Positions 8,970 through 16,421 of a DNA stretch of 21,139 nt are shown piece by piece. A program made the position numbers and the translations under genes. Origin of the DNA: Natronincola sp. (GTDB lineage Bacteria; Bacillota; Limnochordia; Darwinibacteriales; Darwinibacteriaceae); the NCBI GenBank assembly GCA_012838515.1, contig DUPA01000013.1, forward strand, positions 1 to 21,139, written 5' to 3'. The notes below the pieces were generated by a model. That model was not told where the DNA came from. It searched no databases and worked only from the letters and a program-made list of their open reading frames with translations. Position 1 is the stretch's first letter. Each line of letters opens with the position of its first letter.

Positions 8970-9599
8970 TTAAAAAGAAACTTTATAATTCAAACCTAAA
9001 AGTAAACCCGAATTCGTCGCTAAACCTAATTTAGCTTTGAAATTTGGATTAAAATGGGACATTATCCCACCATTAACTCCGCCATTATCGTATTCCAAGA
9101 AAACAACAGTAGTTGGCCCGGCTTTTTTATTTCCTTTTTGAACTTGCACAGGATTTAAAACCGCAGTGACACCGGCCATGGGTCGTACATTGGCGCCTGT
9201 ACCAACTCCGATTCCTGCATGACCCCTAATAACGGGAGTACCTAGTTGCTTGCTCAGGGCAAGATAGATTTCCCCGCCGCCGCCTGAACCTAGAGCGCCC
9301 CCTACGGCAAGGGCAGGCGTTGTCTGGGTTTCACCCATCAATCCAACCTTTAAGCTACCTGCTAAACTACTTCCACCGCTCCCAAACCATTGGCTAACAC
9401 CAATGTTCAAGCCAGAATATATACCATAATTCAAATCCAGTGTATTACCACCGCCTACAAAGGAATAATCAACTTCCAATGTTCCGGGGTTTAATGTATC
9501 GCCTGTGGGAATTGAGAAAACGTTTGAGGCAAAGACCGGTGCTGAGATAATTATCAGCATTAAAAACACAATTTGCATAAGTAAGATTCTTTTAGACAT
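8970..9599 (-). CDS. Gly-rich small outer-membrane beta-barrel protein, unassigned family
   Basis: 209 aa. Signal peptide (...SAPVFA/SN). About 10-12 short amphipathic strands separated by G-rich turns. C-terminal beta-signal ...LLLGLNYKVSF ends in a terminal Phe. Confidence 0.6.
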   Translation of the reverse strand: MSKRILLMQIVFLMLIIISAPVFASNVFSIPTGDTLNPGTLEVDYSFVGGGNTLDLNYGIYSGLNIGVSQWFGSGGSSLAGSLKVGLMGETQTTPALAVGGALGSGGGGEIYLALSKQLGTPVIRGHAGIGVGTGANVRPMAGVTAVLNPVQVQKGNKKAGPTTVVFLEYDNGGVNGGIMSHFNPNFKAKLGLATNSGLLLGLNYKVSF

Positions 9600-9633
9600 A
9601 ACTAACCTCTTTTCTTTTCAGATGTTCTACATT

Positions 9634-9664
9634 ATTCTATTCACATTGAAGAATTACCTGCCAA
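9634..9664 (-). promoter_or_regulatory. Possible promoter for OMP-lptFG-lptD-lptC-lptA unit
   Basis: Minus strand has TTGGCA (9664..9659), a 19-nt spacer, then TAGAAT (9639..9634). The spacer is long, so this is only a candidate. Confidence 0.3.
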
Positions 9665-9693
9665 TAAGCTGTGGGAGTTATTAGGTATTTTGT

Positions 9694-9720
9694 TAAGAAA
9701 AGGGGTGCCGCAGCACCCCC
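9694..9720 (-). terminator. Rho-independent terminator after skp-like gene
   Basis: Minus-strand RNA forms GGGGUGC-UGCG-GCACCCC followed by UUUUCUU, 10 nt after the stop at 9731. Confidence 0.8.
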
Positions 9721-9730
9721 CTCCTTGTCT

Positions 9731-10150
9731 TTACTTTAATCTTTTTATAACTTCATCACTTAAATCATGACCCCCAAAGCGAATGACATCTTCGTCAACC
9801 ACCACCGAAACTCTTGAATTTTCGGCGACTTCCCTAATCACCCTGTCTGTTTCTTGTTGAAATTGAACCTCCAGATCCTGACGATATGCTAAATACTCGG
9901 CATAAGCTTGCCGTTCACGATCTGCCCTCCCTGGATCGTCTTCATCAGGCTCTTCTTCGAGGTTAAACTGAGTGATAAGTTCGTTATAGCGGTCATTTAA
10001 CTTTTGGTTTAGATTTTGAGCTCGTGCACTCTCATCCACAATCCTAGTGAGATTGACCGTGCCAATAGTTTCGGCAGGTGCCCCCGCCCAAAATGACCAG
10101 ATTAGGGCCAAGGCTAAAAGTGCCACTAAACCCCAAGGTAGATACTTCAC
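9731..10150 (-). CDS. skp: Periplasmic chaperone Skp/OmpH-like
   Basis: 139 aa, GTG start with AAGGTGGTGA RBS, and a signal peptide. Begins IGTVNLTRIVDES, has a charged helical core, and ends VSVVVDEDVIRFGGHDLSDEVIKRLK. This is the OmpH pattern, and the gene is downstream of bamA. Confidence 0.65.
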   Translation of the reverse strand: MKYLPWGLVALLALALIWSFWAGAPAETIGTVNLTRIVDESARAQNLNQKLNDRYNELITQFNLEEEPDEDDPGRADRERQAYAEYLAYRQDLEVQFQQETDRVIREVAENSRVSVVVDEDVIRFGGHDLSDEVIKRLK

Positions 10151-10211
10151 TTTTCCGTCACCACCTTATCTTTGGTGCCTAACATAAAAGTTAGCTTACT
10201 TGGGTTTAGTA

Positions 10212-10847
10212 TTACCTATTTGCCAGTTGCCTACGCAATTCCGGTGCTAGATTAGAGATCTTTTCTTCGAAAATCTTCCAACGTTCTTCTTGAAAAACAC
10301 TAAATTGCTCCGCCAGTGTTCCTTCTAGGCGGGTTCGCAATTCTTCCTTTTCCGTGACCCATATCGCTTCATGCTCTAATCTTAATTCGGCTAAGCGCAT
10401 CTCGAGTTCAAGTTGAATCTCCTTTTGCAATTCAATAAACTCACTGTTTGATTCTGAAATTTGCTGCATTTTTGCAGACTGCTGATCCTCATTTAATGAA
10501 ACAAGAACTAATTCCAATTGATTGCGAAGCCTCTTCTTAGCAATTTCCCTTTGCAACTCGGATGCTTTCGTTTCAAATTCACTAATCAGTTCCTTTGTAG
10601 CATCATGCAATTCTTGTTCCTGAGCTCTGCGTAACTGACTCTCTTGTTCCATCAAGAACTGCTCACCTTTTTCTATAAGTTCCTGTTCATAAGCTTTTAG
10701 AATTTCTTCTTCTTCTGCCAATAGTCGTTCGAACTCAAGTACATTGTTGTCCTCTTTAGCTTCAAATCGCGCCGGTATCATAAGTGTTGAGGCAGATAAA
10801 ACTAGGCTCAAGACAACTAACAGGGTAACTTTCACGTAAGTGTTCAT
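10212..10847 (-). CDS. Secreted, highly acidic coiled-coil protein (possibly divergent Skp/OmpH-like); function unknown
   Basis: 211 aa. Signal peptide, then almost uninterrupted E/L/Q/K/R helical sequence. Lacks the recognisable OmpH terminal beta strands. Confidence 0.45.
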   Translation of the reverse strand: MNTYVKVTLLVVLSLVLSASTLMIPARFEAKEDNNVLEFERLLAEEEEILKAYEQELIEKGEQFLMEQESQLRRAQEQELHDATKELISEFETKASELQREIAKKRLRNQLELVLVSLNEDQQSAKMQQISESNSEFIELQKEIQLELEMRLAELRLEHEAIWVTEKEELRTRLEGTLAEQFSVFQEERWKIFEEKISNLAPELRRQLANR

Positions 10848-10878
10848 CTACTCATTCCTTCTAAAATGATCTAAATTA

Positions 10879-10907
10879 AGTATAACAAGGGTCTATGTGC
10901 CGGACAA
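10879..10907 (-). promoter_or_regulatory. Candidate sigA promoter for coiled-coil/skp unit
   Basis: Minus strand has TTGTCC (10907..10902), a 17-nt spacer, then TGT-TATACT (TATACT = 10884..10879, TGn extended), immediately downstream of the bamA terminator. Confidence 0.45.
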
Positions 10908-10911
10908 ATGT

Positions 10912-10943
10912 AAAAAAAACCAGTGGATGCTTTTATCCACCGG
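10912..10943 (-). terminator. Rho-independent terminator after bamA
   Basis: RNA forms CCGGUGGAU-AAAAGC-AUCCACUGG (9 bp, one G.U) followed by U8. Confidence 0.85.
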
Positions 10944-10961
10944 CTTTCTCAAACTATTATC

Positions 10962-12686
10962 TTAAAATGTCTGACCTATCCCGAAATAAAATTGACCTTT
11001 ACGGTTATCATCTTTATCCTTACCTCGACCATAATCCAAACGAAGTAGACCTAGAGGCGTATCTAAACGGACACCAAGACCATAGCTGTTCTTTAGATTA
11101 CTTATGCTAAAAGAATCTTCATTGTTCCATGTTGTACCCCAATCGGTGAATAGCACGCCTGTAATCTTTTCCACAATGGGAAAACGAAATTCACCATTCA
11201 TTACAAACATATGGTCTCCGATTAGATCAAAAGCTTCATCACCATAACTATAACCCCTTAAAGTATCGGCACCACCAATTTTGAACTTTTCATTTTCTTG
11301 AAGGTTACCGGCTAAAAGCCTACCGCCAAGACCGCGCAGGGCAAAAACATACCCACCATCTTTAATCTCGAAGAAACGACTATATTCAAGTTTTAGCTTA
11401 GCATAATTGCTATGCCCCCCAAAAAGCTTAGTACCGAATTCTAAATAACTGTCATTCTTATACCCTCTCGTGGGATTGAAAGGATGGTCAGTAGTGTTGG
11501 TGCTAAAGCCAAAGCCAATACTACGATTATTATAATCTTTAAACCAGTCTTCTTCGGGACCTGTTTCCTGATCATACTTATTGTTTTCTAGCTTTAAGGT
11601 TAGTCTTCCCCTACTGTAATCACCGAAGGGACGTCCTAAAGTAAGATCCCCACCGATAGTACGCCTCGTACCTGTGGCCTTCTCATCGTCTTCGCCTTTT
11701 TTTACACCTTCAGTACGTTGATAAATATTTACGCCTAAAGATGTTCCGGTTTTATCGATGTATGGTTCGTGAAAACCCAGTTCATAGGATTTTACCTTCT
11801 TACCCATTTGGGCTGAACCTTTCAGTCTTTGCCCTCTGCCTAAAAAGTTTTCGTCCGCGGCCTCAACAAAACCAACTAATCCATCGTTAGAACTATAGGC
11901 TACGCCAAAAGTGGCAGAACCTGTCTTCCGTTCTTCCAGATTAACAGTTAAAACAGTTTCATCAGGGTCTTCTTCATCTGAAAAATCCCTACTAATTTCG
12001 TCGAAGAAACCTAACATTAGAACTTTTCTTAAACCACCGTCAATTTTTTGGAGGTTTACCGGATCACCGGGTTTAAGGGAAAGCTCTCTTTCTATCACAA
12101 AATCTTTTGTCTTTTTGTTTCCCACAATCTCAATATCTTTCAACTTTGTCTGTGTAAACTCTACGTTTATGCGACCTTTAGTGTCAGCGTCTAACTCGGA
12201 TACCCTGGTCAAATAACCATATTCGAGGGCAACCCATTCGCGCAGATTATAAAGATCTTCTCCAAAATCTATGACATTAAGAATATACCCGACCTGTGTC
12301 TTCATTTCTTTCTCAAAATCTTTGAAACGAACGTCTTCTATGCCTGTAACATTAATTTCAGTTACCACTGGGTTTTCCTCAACTTCAAAAACAACTTGAA
12401 CACCGCCAAATACAGGCTCGTAATTTACCCCGGCATCTTGGAAATAACCTAAATCATATATGGAGTGCAAGTCATCCAAGAGTTTCTGCTTCTCCACTTG
12501 TTCTCCAACTTTAGTTTTTAGTATTACATCTTTAATAGTTCCTGTATCTACATTAAGATTGCCCTTTACAACGATGGATTGAACTATATTTTTATCTTCC
12601 GAAGCGAGTGCGCTTGTTCCGGAAACAATTATAATCAATGCTAGGGCAATTAGTGCCATAACTATTTTGGATGAACCTTTCCTCAT
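10962..12686 (-). CDS. bamA: Outer membrane protein assembly factor BamA (Omp85), apparently 3 POTRA repeats + 16-strand-type barrel
   Basis: Signal peptide MRKGSSKIVMALIALALIIIVSGTSALA. Three ~75-aa POTRA-like repeats. Barrel carries RGY.....G-type motifs (ADTLRGYSYGD) and the terminal beta-signal GQFYFGIGQTF. Start set at ATG 12686 (AGGAGG RBS), not the track start at 12782. Confidence 0.9.
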   Translation of the reverse strand: MRKGSSKIVMALIALALIIIVSGTSALASEDKNIVQSIVVKGNLNVDTGTIKDVILKTKVGEQVEKQKLLDDLHSIYDLGYFQDAGVNYEPVFGGVQVVFEVEENPVVTEINVTGIEDVRFKDFEKEMKTQVGYILNVIDFGEDLYNLREWVALEYGYLTRVSELDADTKGRINVEFTQTKLKDIEIVGNKKTKDFVIERELSLKPGDPVNLQKIDGGLRKVLMLGFFDEISRDFSDEEDPDETVLTVNLEERKTGSATFGVAYSSNDGLVGFVEAADENFLGRGQRLKGSAQMGKKVKSYELGFHEPYIDKTGTSLGVNIYQRTEGVKKGEDDEKATGTRRTIGGDLTLGRPFGDYSRGRLTLKLENNKYDQETGPEEDWFKDYNNRSIGFGFSTNTTDHPFNPTRGYKNDSYLEFGTKLFGGHSNYAKLKLEYSRFFEIKDGGYVFALRGLGGRLLAGNLQENEKFKIGGADTLRGYSYGDEAFDLIGDHMFVMNGEFRFPIVEKITGVLFTDWGTTWNNEDSFSISNLKNSYGLGVRLDTPLGLLRLDYGRGKDKDDNRKGQFYFGIGQTF

Positions 12687-12780
12687 TATTTTTCCTCCTA
12701 CACACATTAGATTCGTATCTACCGCTTGTACTTCTATCACTTTATTCGTATTCCTCTTGGCAACTATGGGGATTACACTC

Positions 12781-12802
12781 AAAATAAACCAATTTGTGGT
12801 TT
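12781..12802 (-). terminator. Weak hairpin + U-rich tract after S55 gene
   Basis: RNA forms AAACCA-CAAAU-UGGUUU followed by AUUUUG. The stem is short and AU-rich. Confidence 0.3.
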
Positions 12803-12808
12803 ACTCGG

Positions 12809-14551
12809 CTAATATATATTTAAATCAAAACTAACTATGCCATCTAAGACAAACTGTGTTGAAAGTCGTACCCTTTGTCCGTTTGCGGAGTTATCATCCC
12901 ACCGATAATAATTAGGTATTTCCACATTATCATCGAATTCTTCATCATCAAGCTCTTCTTCGGAGTTACTGTTTTCCAACAGTGGGTAATATTCCAAGAT
13001 AATTTCATTGTTTCGTTCCCCATCCATATACTCCGCAATTAAAACATCAAGCGTCTCAGCCCCGGAGGGAGAAGATTTAATTGGCTCATCATCAAAATCA
13101 TTTTGACTTAAGATGCTGGGGTCTACAGGTGGTTTCATCAAGTAGTAACCTTCGGCACCACTTCGCACCGCCACATTCATTAAACCGGCAGACGCATCTT
13201 CCGGGATCTCCATACGAAGAGTCCTTACTTCACTGGCACCACGGTAGGGGCGAATTGTTACCTCAACATCGACGTTTTCACCCGGTCTAACACTTTGCTT
13301 ATTTGGACGTGCCGATTCGATAGTGGCGGTTTTGCGTTCAAGCTCCACTTCCACATCAACCTTCACATGCTTTAAATCGACTTCTTGCAAACTATTATTA
13401 ACCAATAGTTCCAACCCCGAAAGCAAATCGGTTAAAGACCACACCGCAATATCAGTATCACTATAAAACAGATTTTCCCTAATAATTCTCTGGGAAAGGT
13501 TATCGGCGATAAATTCGAGACGCACAAAGGATGTCCCGGCCCCTAGGCGATCTAAGGTGGCATCTACACCTTGATACGCACTGGAAATTGTTAAGGGAAT
13601 TATAGCACTTTCATCTCTTATTGTCTCCACATAAAAATCTTCCTTGATGTTACGATCTTTATCAATAACAGATATGGAAACAGGCAAGTAAACAGATTCA
13701 ACGCCCAGTTCGCCACCGATGCCAACTATGCGATCTTGTTTAATATTACCAATGGTCGAACCTAAAGAAACAATTTTGCTCGGCATGTCAATGCTGGGAA
13801 GGGTATAGTGTACGTATGCTGCAGAAGCAAAATAATCCACCGCCCCTTTATGAGTAAACGGATGACCGAAGCCAATGAATTTACCATCATCCCTCACATG
13901 AGTTACCGTACCAAAAGATGCAACTTGAAAATCGCCCCTCAAAAGTTGCACGCCAACCATACTTCCTGCCTTGAGCGGAGCAGCTACAACCTCAACACTG
14001 CCTAAGGCGGGCATTGTTTGTACAGCACCCAAACCAAGTGCCTTCTCTAGATATGATGTGTTCCTCTTGTTTAGCCCTTGAATAATCAATGGAGATCGTA
14101 CCGGCTCAAAACCCTCGGGTAAAATTGGTTCCTCTTCCACAATTGTACTGGGAAATTCCTCATATATCTTAAACATATCGACCGCTGGAGTGACTAAGCC
14201 GATACGATGATCAGTCATGGCATATGTATATCCCAGCGCGCCTAATAAACGATCTTGAATATAGATCGGACTGCCGCTCATACCCTGTGCAATGCCGCCG
14301 GATTCGTCCATAATTTCTCCGCTAACCTTGACCATAATTAAATTATTTAAAGGGGGACTTTGGGGAACCAGGCCCAAAACCTCTACGTTGAATTTTTCGA
14401 TTGTATTGCCGGAAACAACCGTTTTACCAATACCTCTTAATCCGGGTCTTATATCCTCAACGGCGAACAACTCTTCGGCAAATCCCCATGTATTGCCACA
14501 TAGAATAAATACTAATAAAAATAGACCTATTCGTAATCGCAATTTACGCAA
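12809..14551 (-). CDS. Secreted SpoIVB-like serine peptidase (MEROPS S55-like domain) with long C-terminal extension
   Basis: 580 aa, TTG start with AAGGGGTGA RBS, and a signal peptide. Segment EKFNVEVLG...GGIAQGMSGSPIYIQDRLLGALGY resembles the SpoIVB Ser-motif region. Segment FGTVTHVRDDGKFIGFGHP...IGNIKQDRIVGIGG resembles the SpoIVB His-motif region. The C-terminal tail is acidic. Confidence 0.7.
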   Translation of the reverse strand: MRKLRLRIGLFLLVFILCGNTWGFAEELFAVEDIRPGLRGIGKTVVSGNTIEKFNVEVLGLVPQSPPLNNLIMVKVSGEIMDESGGIAQGMSGSPIYIQDRLLGALGYTYAMTDHRIGLVTPAVDMFKIYEEFPSTIVEEEPILPEGFEPVRSPLIIQGLNKRNTSYLEKALGLGAVQTMPALGSVEVVAAPLKAGSMVGVQLLRGDFQVASFGTVTHVRDDGKFIGFGHPFTHKGAVDYFASAAYVHYTLPSIDMPSKIVSLGSTIGNIKQDRIVGIGGELGVESVYLPVSISVIDKDRNIKEDFYVETIRDESAIIPLTISSAYQGVDATLDRLGAGTSFVRLEFIADNLSQRIIRENLFYSDTDIAVWSLTDLLSGLELLVNNSLQEVDLKHVKVDVEVELERKTATIESARPNKQSVRPGENVDVEVTIRPYRGASEVRTLRMEIPEDASAGLMNVAVRSGAEGYYLMKPPVDPSILSQNDFDDEPIKSSPSGAETLDVLIAEYMDGERNNEIILEYYPLLENSNSEEELDDEEFDDNVEIPNYYRWDDNSANGQRVRLSTQFVLDGIVSFDLNIY

Positions 14552-14570
14552 ACCATCACCCCTTAATTAT

Positions 14571-14696
14571 TTACTCGGGACTTGCGATCACCACTATGGC
14601 GTTACTAACCGCTCGTTCACTACCATCAGAGGGGATATTCAAGACCAAGTTTCTAACGACCATGGTTGTAGAACCGCCATCATCCAAATTCATAGC
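14571..14696 (-). other. In-frame continuation of the glycosidase ORF beyond the TAG at 14699..14697 (41 codons, conserved C-terminal motif)
   Basis: The same frame reads AMNLDDGGSTTMVVRNLVLNIPSDGSERAVSNAIVVIASPE then TAA (14573..14571). This matches the NLDGGGS...PSDG.ER.V.NA C-terminal core of the phosphodiester glycosidase (NAGPA/DUF2233) family. Confidence 0.75.
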
Positions 14697-15977
14697 CTAC
14701 ACTGCCCCAAGCTCTATCAAAAAATCTGCCAATTCATTTAATGTCATACCAACACTGATATTAGGTTGTCGTCCATTAACAGTCACCAATAGGAGTTTGT
14801 TATCCGCGGTAATTCCCAAAGCCGTTCTTGGATTGCGACCAATCAAGATGTCGTTTTGAAAACGTTCTTCTTTACCCGTAATTTCCACTTTTCCATCACG
14901 CACTAATCTGGGACCGCCGCCGATAATTTGCCTGATATCTGTCTCTTCCCACTGGCAAATTAATTCGGTATTAATCTGTACTTTATCGCCAATTTCCAAA
15001 GTCTCTAAGAAATCTTTTGCTTCACCTGTGCCCGACAGCACAAAACCACTGGGGGGAATTGGACTATTTCCCAATTGGATTCTTGTAATCTCCCCGTCTA
15101 TAACGGTTACCTCGTGACCGAAATGATTAGTATTAGTTTGATTTCCATAGTGATAATTAAACGCTACTAATTCGTCGAATTCCCGTGGTCTATTTAGGCC
15201 ATGTACTTCGAAGAGAAAAGTTCCATCTTCCATTAAAACTTCACCTAGAAAATCCACGTTTCCCATGACTAGTGAGCCTTTTCCATCCATTCCCAAAGCC
15301 GTGCGATTCGCATAGGGTTCACTAATTAACTCACCATCAATCATCAATACTCCCAAAGGACGCCCGTTAGGGGCAAAATATGCTCCGTTAACTGCGGCAA
15401 ATGCTCCGAAACGTTCACTTATCCTACTTACATATTCAGAACCGAACACTTTATTTTGCGCCAAGCCTAGTTTAACCTCGATACCCTGTTGTAAATCAAC
15501 CTCGAGGTAATTTACCACATTAGGCCCAAATATATCGCCGCGCCGTTGATGACCATAAATTATTCCCCGCTCCACAAAACGCCGAGAGCCTTGCACATAA
15601 GTCTTATCGATTTCTATCTGAATAAATTCATCATTCTCTCGAATTTCCGGCTTAGGCACTAGATACTTAAATTCCAAAACTAGCCGAGACCCGGTGGGCG
15701 TTTTAGAAAAACGCATTTCTTTAAAGACTACATCATTATACCTTGTAACAGTGGGAAACTCAAAATTATCTACATTGGAATCAATAATAATCTTCATGGG
15801 TTTGAGTGTAGTAGTGAGCCTAAACTCTTGATCTTGACTTTTCGGTAAAGTAAGTATAATCTGCTCAGGATAAACATTTAACTCTTGCCGCTGATTGGCA
15901 AAAACTAAATGTGAGCAGAAGATGAAAAATAATATTACAAAAATTACTACAAGTGAATGTTCGTATCTGTGCTCCAC
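14697..15977 (-). CDS. Phosphodiester glycosidase family protein (DUF2233/NAGPA domain) with N-terminal AMIN-like domain; ends prematurely at an in-frame TAG (possible pseudogene or read-through)
   Basis: GTG start at 15977 with AAGGGGG RBS, and a signal peptide. NAGPA-like motifs FAAVNGAYF, GGGPRLVRDG, RNPRTALGI...LLLVTVNGRQ. The tentative AMIN-like part is KPMKIIIDS...GSRLVLEFKY. Confidence 0.75.
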   Translation of the reverse strand: MEHRYEHSLVVIFVILFFIFCSHLVFANQRQELNVYPEQIILTLPKSQDQEFRLTTTLKPMKIIIDSNVDNFEFPTVTRYNDVVFKEMRFSKTPTGSRLVLEFKYLVPKPEIRENDEFIQIEIDKTYVQGSRRFVERGIIYGHQRRGDIFGPNVVNYLEVDLQQGIEVKLGLAQNKVFGSEYVSRISERFGAFAAVNGAYFAPNGRPLGVLMIDGELISEPYANRTALGMDGKGSLVMGNVDFLGEVLMEDGTFLFEVHGLNRPREFDELVAFNYHYGNQTNTNHFGHEVTVIDGEITRIQLGNSPIPPSGFVLSGTGEAKDFLETLEIGDKVQINTELICQWEETDIRQIIGGGPRLVRDGKVEITGKEERFQNDILIGRNPRTALGITADNKLLLVTVNGRQPNISVGMTLNELADFLIELGAV

Positions 15978-16032
15978 ACCTATGCCCCCTTATCATCATA
16001 TTGATTTCGGGATTATACTTGGATTTCCTTCC

Positions 16033-16070
16033 AAAAAAATTAACTCCACAAGCTGATTCTTGTAGAGTTA
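16033..16070 (-). terminator. Strong rho-independent terminator closing the flagellar ring/rod operon
   Basis: RNA forms AACUCUACAAG-AAUCAG-CUUGUGGAGUU (11 bp, one U.G) followed by AAUUUUUUU, 27 nt after the flgJ-like stop. Confidence 0.8.
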
Positions 16071-16096
16071 AATAGCTTTTATTTCCAGTTATGAGT

Positions 16097-16408
16097 TTAG
16101 TCGTCGTCAGAGACATAACGTGACATTTGATCGTAAATTAACTTTGCCAAACCCATGCTCTGTCCACGTGCCGAGTTAGAAGAAATCTCCTGATCTAACA
16201 TGGATTGAAATAGTTTTTCGGCCTTTTGATCTCCAAAGAGCTCGTTTTCAGGTACGGTACGTCTCATTTCCGTTAATAGCTGATTGAGAAATAATGCTTC
16301 AAATTGTTCGGACGCTTCCTTCAAAGCCCTTTTGGAAGTAGAAGTTCGCCGTTCAAGTGTTTCCGCTTGGTCAGCGGCTATATTGCTAGGATCCCAATTA
16401 ACACGCAC
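16097..16408 (-). CDS. flgJ: Flagellar rod-binding protein (FlgJ N-terminal domain only; no hydrolase domain)
   Basis: 103 aa, GTG start with AAAGGGGGT RBS. Rod_binding-type motif EQFEALFLNQLLTEMRRT....LFG......LFQSMLDQE....A....MGLAKLIYDQ. Confidence 0.8.
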   Translation of the reverse strand: MRVNWDPSNIAADQAETLERRTSTSKRALKEASEQFEALFLNQLLTEMRRTVPENELFGDQKAEKLFQSMLDQEISSNSARGQSMGLAKLIYDQMSRYVSDDD

Positions 16409-16421
16409 CGTAAAACCCCCT

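Noticed and set aside
12687-12782. N-terminal extensions suggested by the longest-ORF track for bamA (to 12782), lptD (7845..7874) and flgA (18940..18981)
   Set aside because: For bamA and lptD, internal ATGs at 12686 and 7844 have strong AGGAGG/AAGGAGA sites and start directly at a signal peptide. The flgA ATG at 18939 also gives a signal peptide and avoids overlap with flgG. The extensions would bury the signal peptides behind non-hydrophobic leaders.
12801-12809. CCGAGTAAA 9-mer shared by the region after the S55 stop (12801..12809) and the end of the glycosidase frame (14570..14578)
   Set aside because: A 9-nt match is expected many times by chance in 21 kb, and the flanks do not extend the similarity.
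12844-13038. 64-aa minus-strand ORF inside the S55 peptidase gene
   Set aside because: It is an alternative frame of a gene whose main frame has clear protease motifs, and it has no independent signals.
16012-16017. Perfect TATAAT just downstream of the flagellar operon terminator, as a promoter for the glycosidase/S55 unit
   Set aside because: No acceptable -35 lies at 16-18 nt (only a T-run that belongs to the terminator tail, with TTGGAA only 11 nt away), and there is no TG extension. It is plausible but too weak to list as a feature.
15865-16116. 83-aa minus-strand ORF spanning the flgJ end, the intergenic terminator and the 5' end of the glycosidase gene
   Set aside because: It overlaps two better-supported genes out of frame, runs straight through the rho-independent terminator at 16033..16070, and has no RBS or motif.
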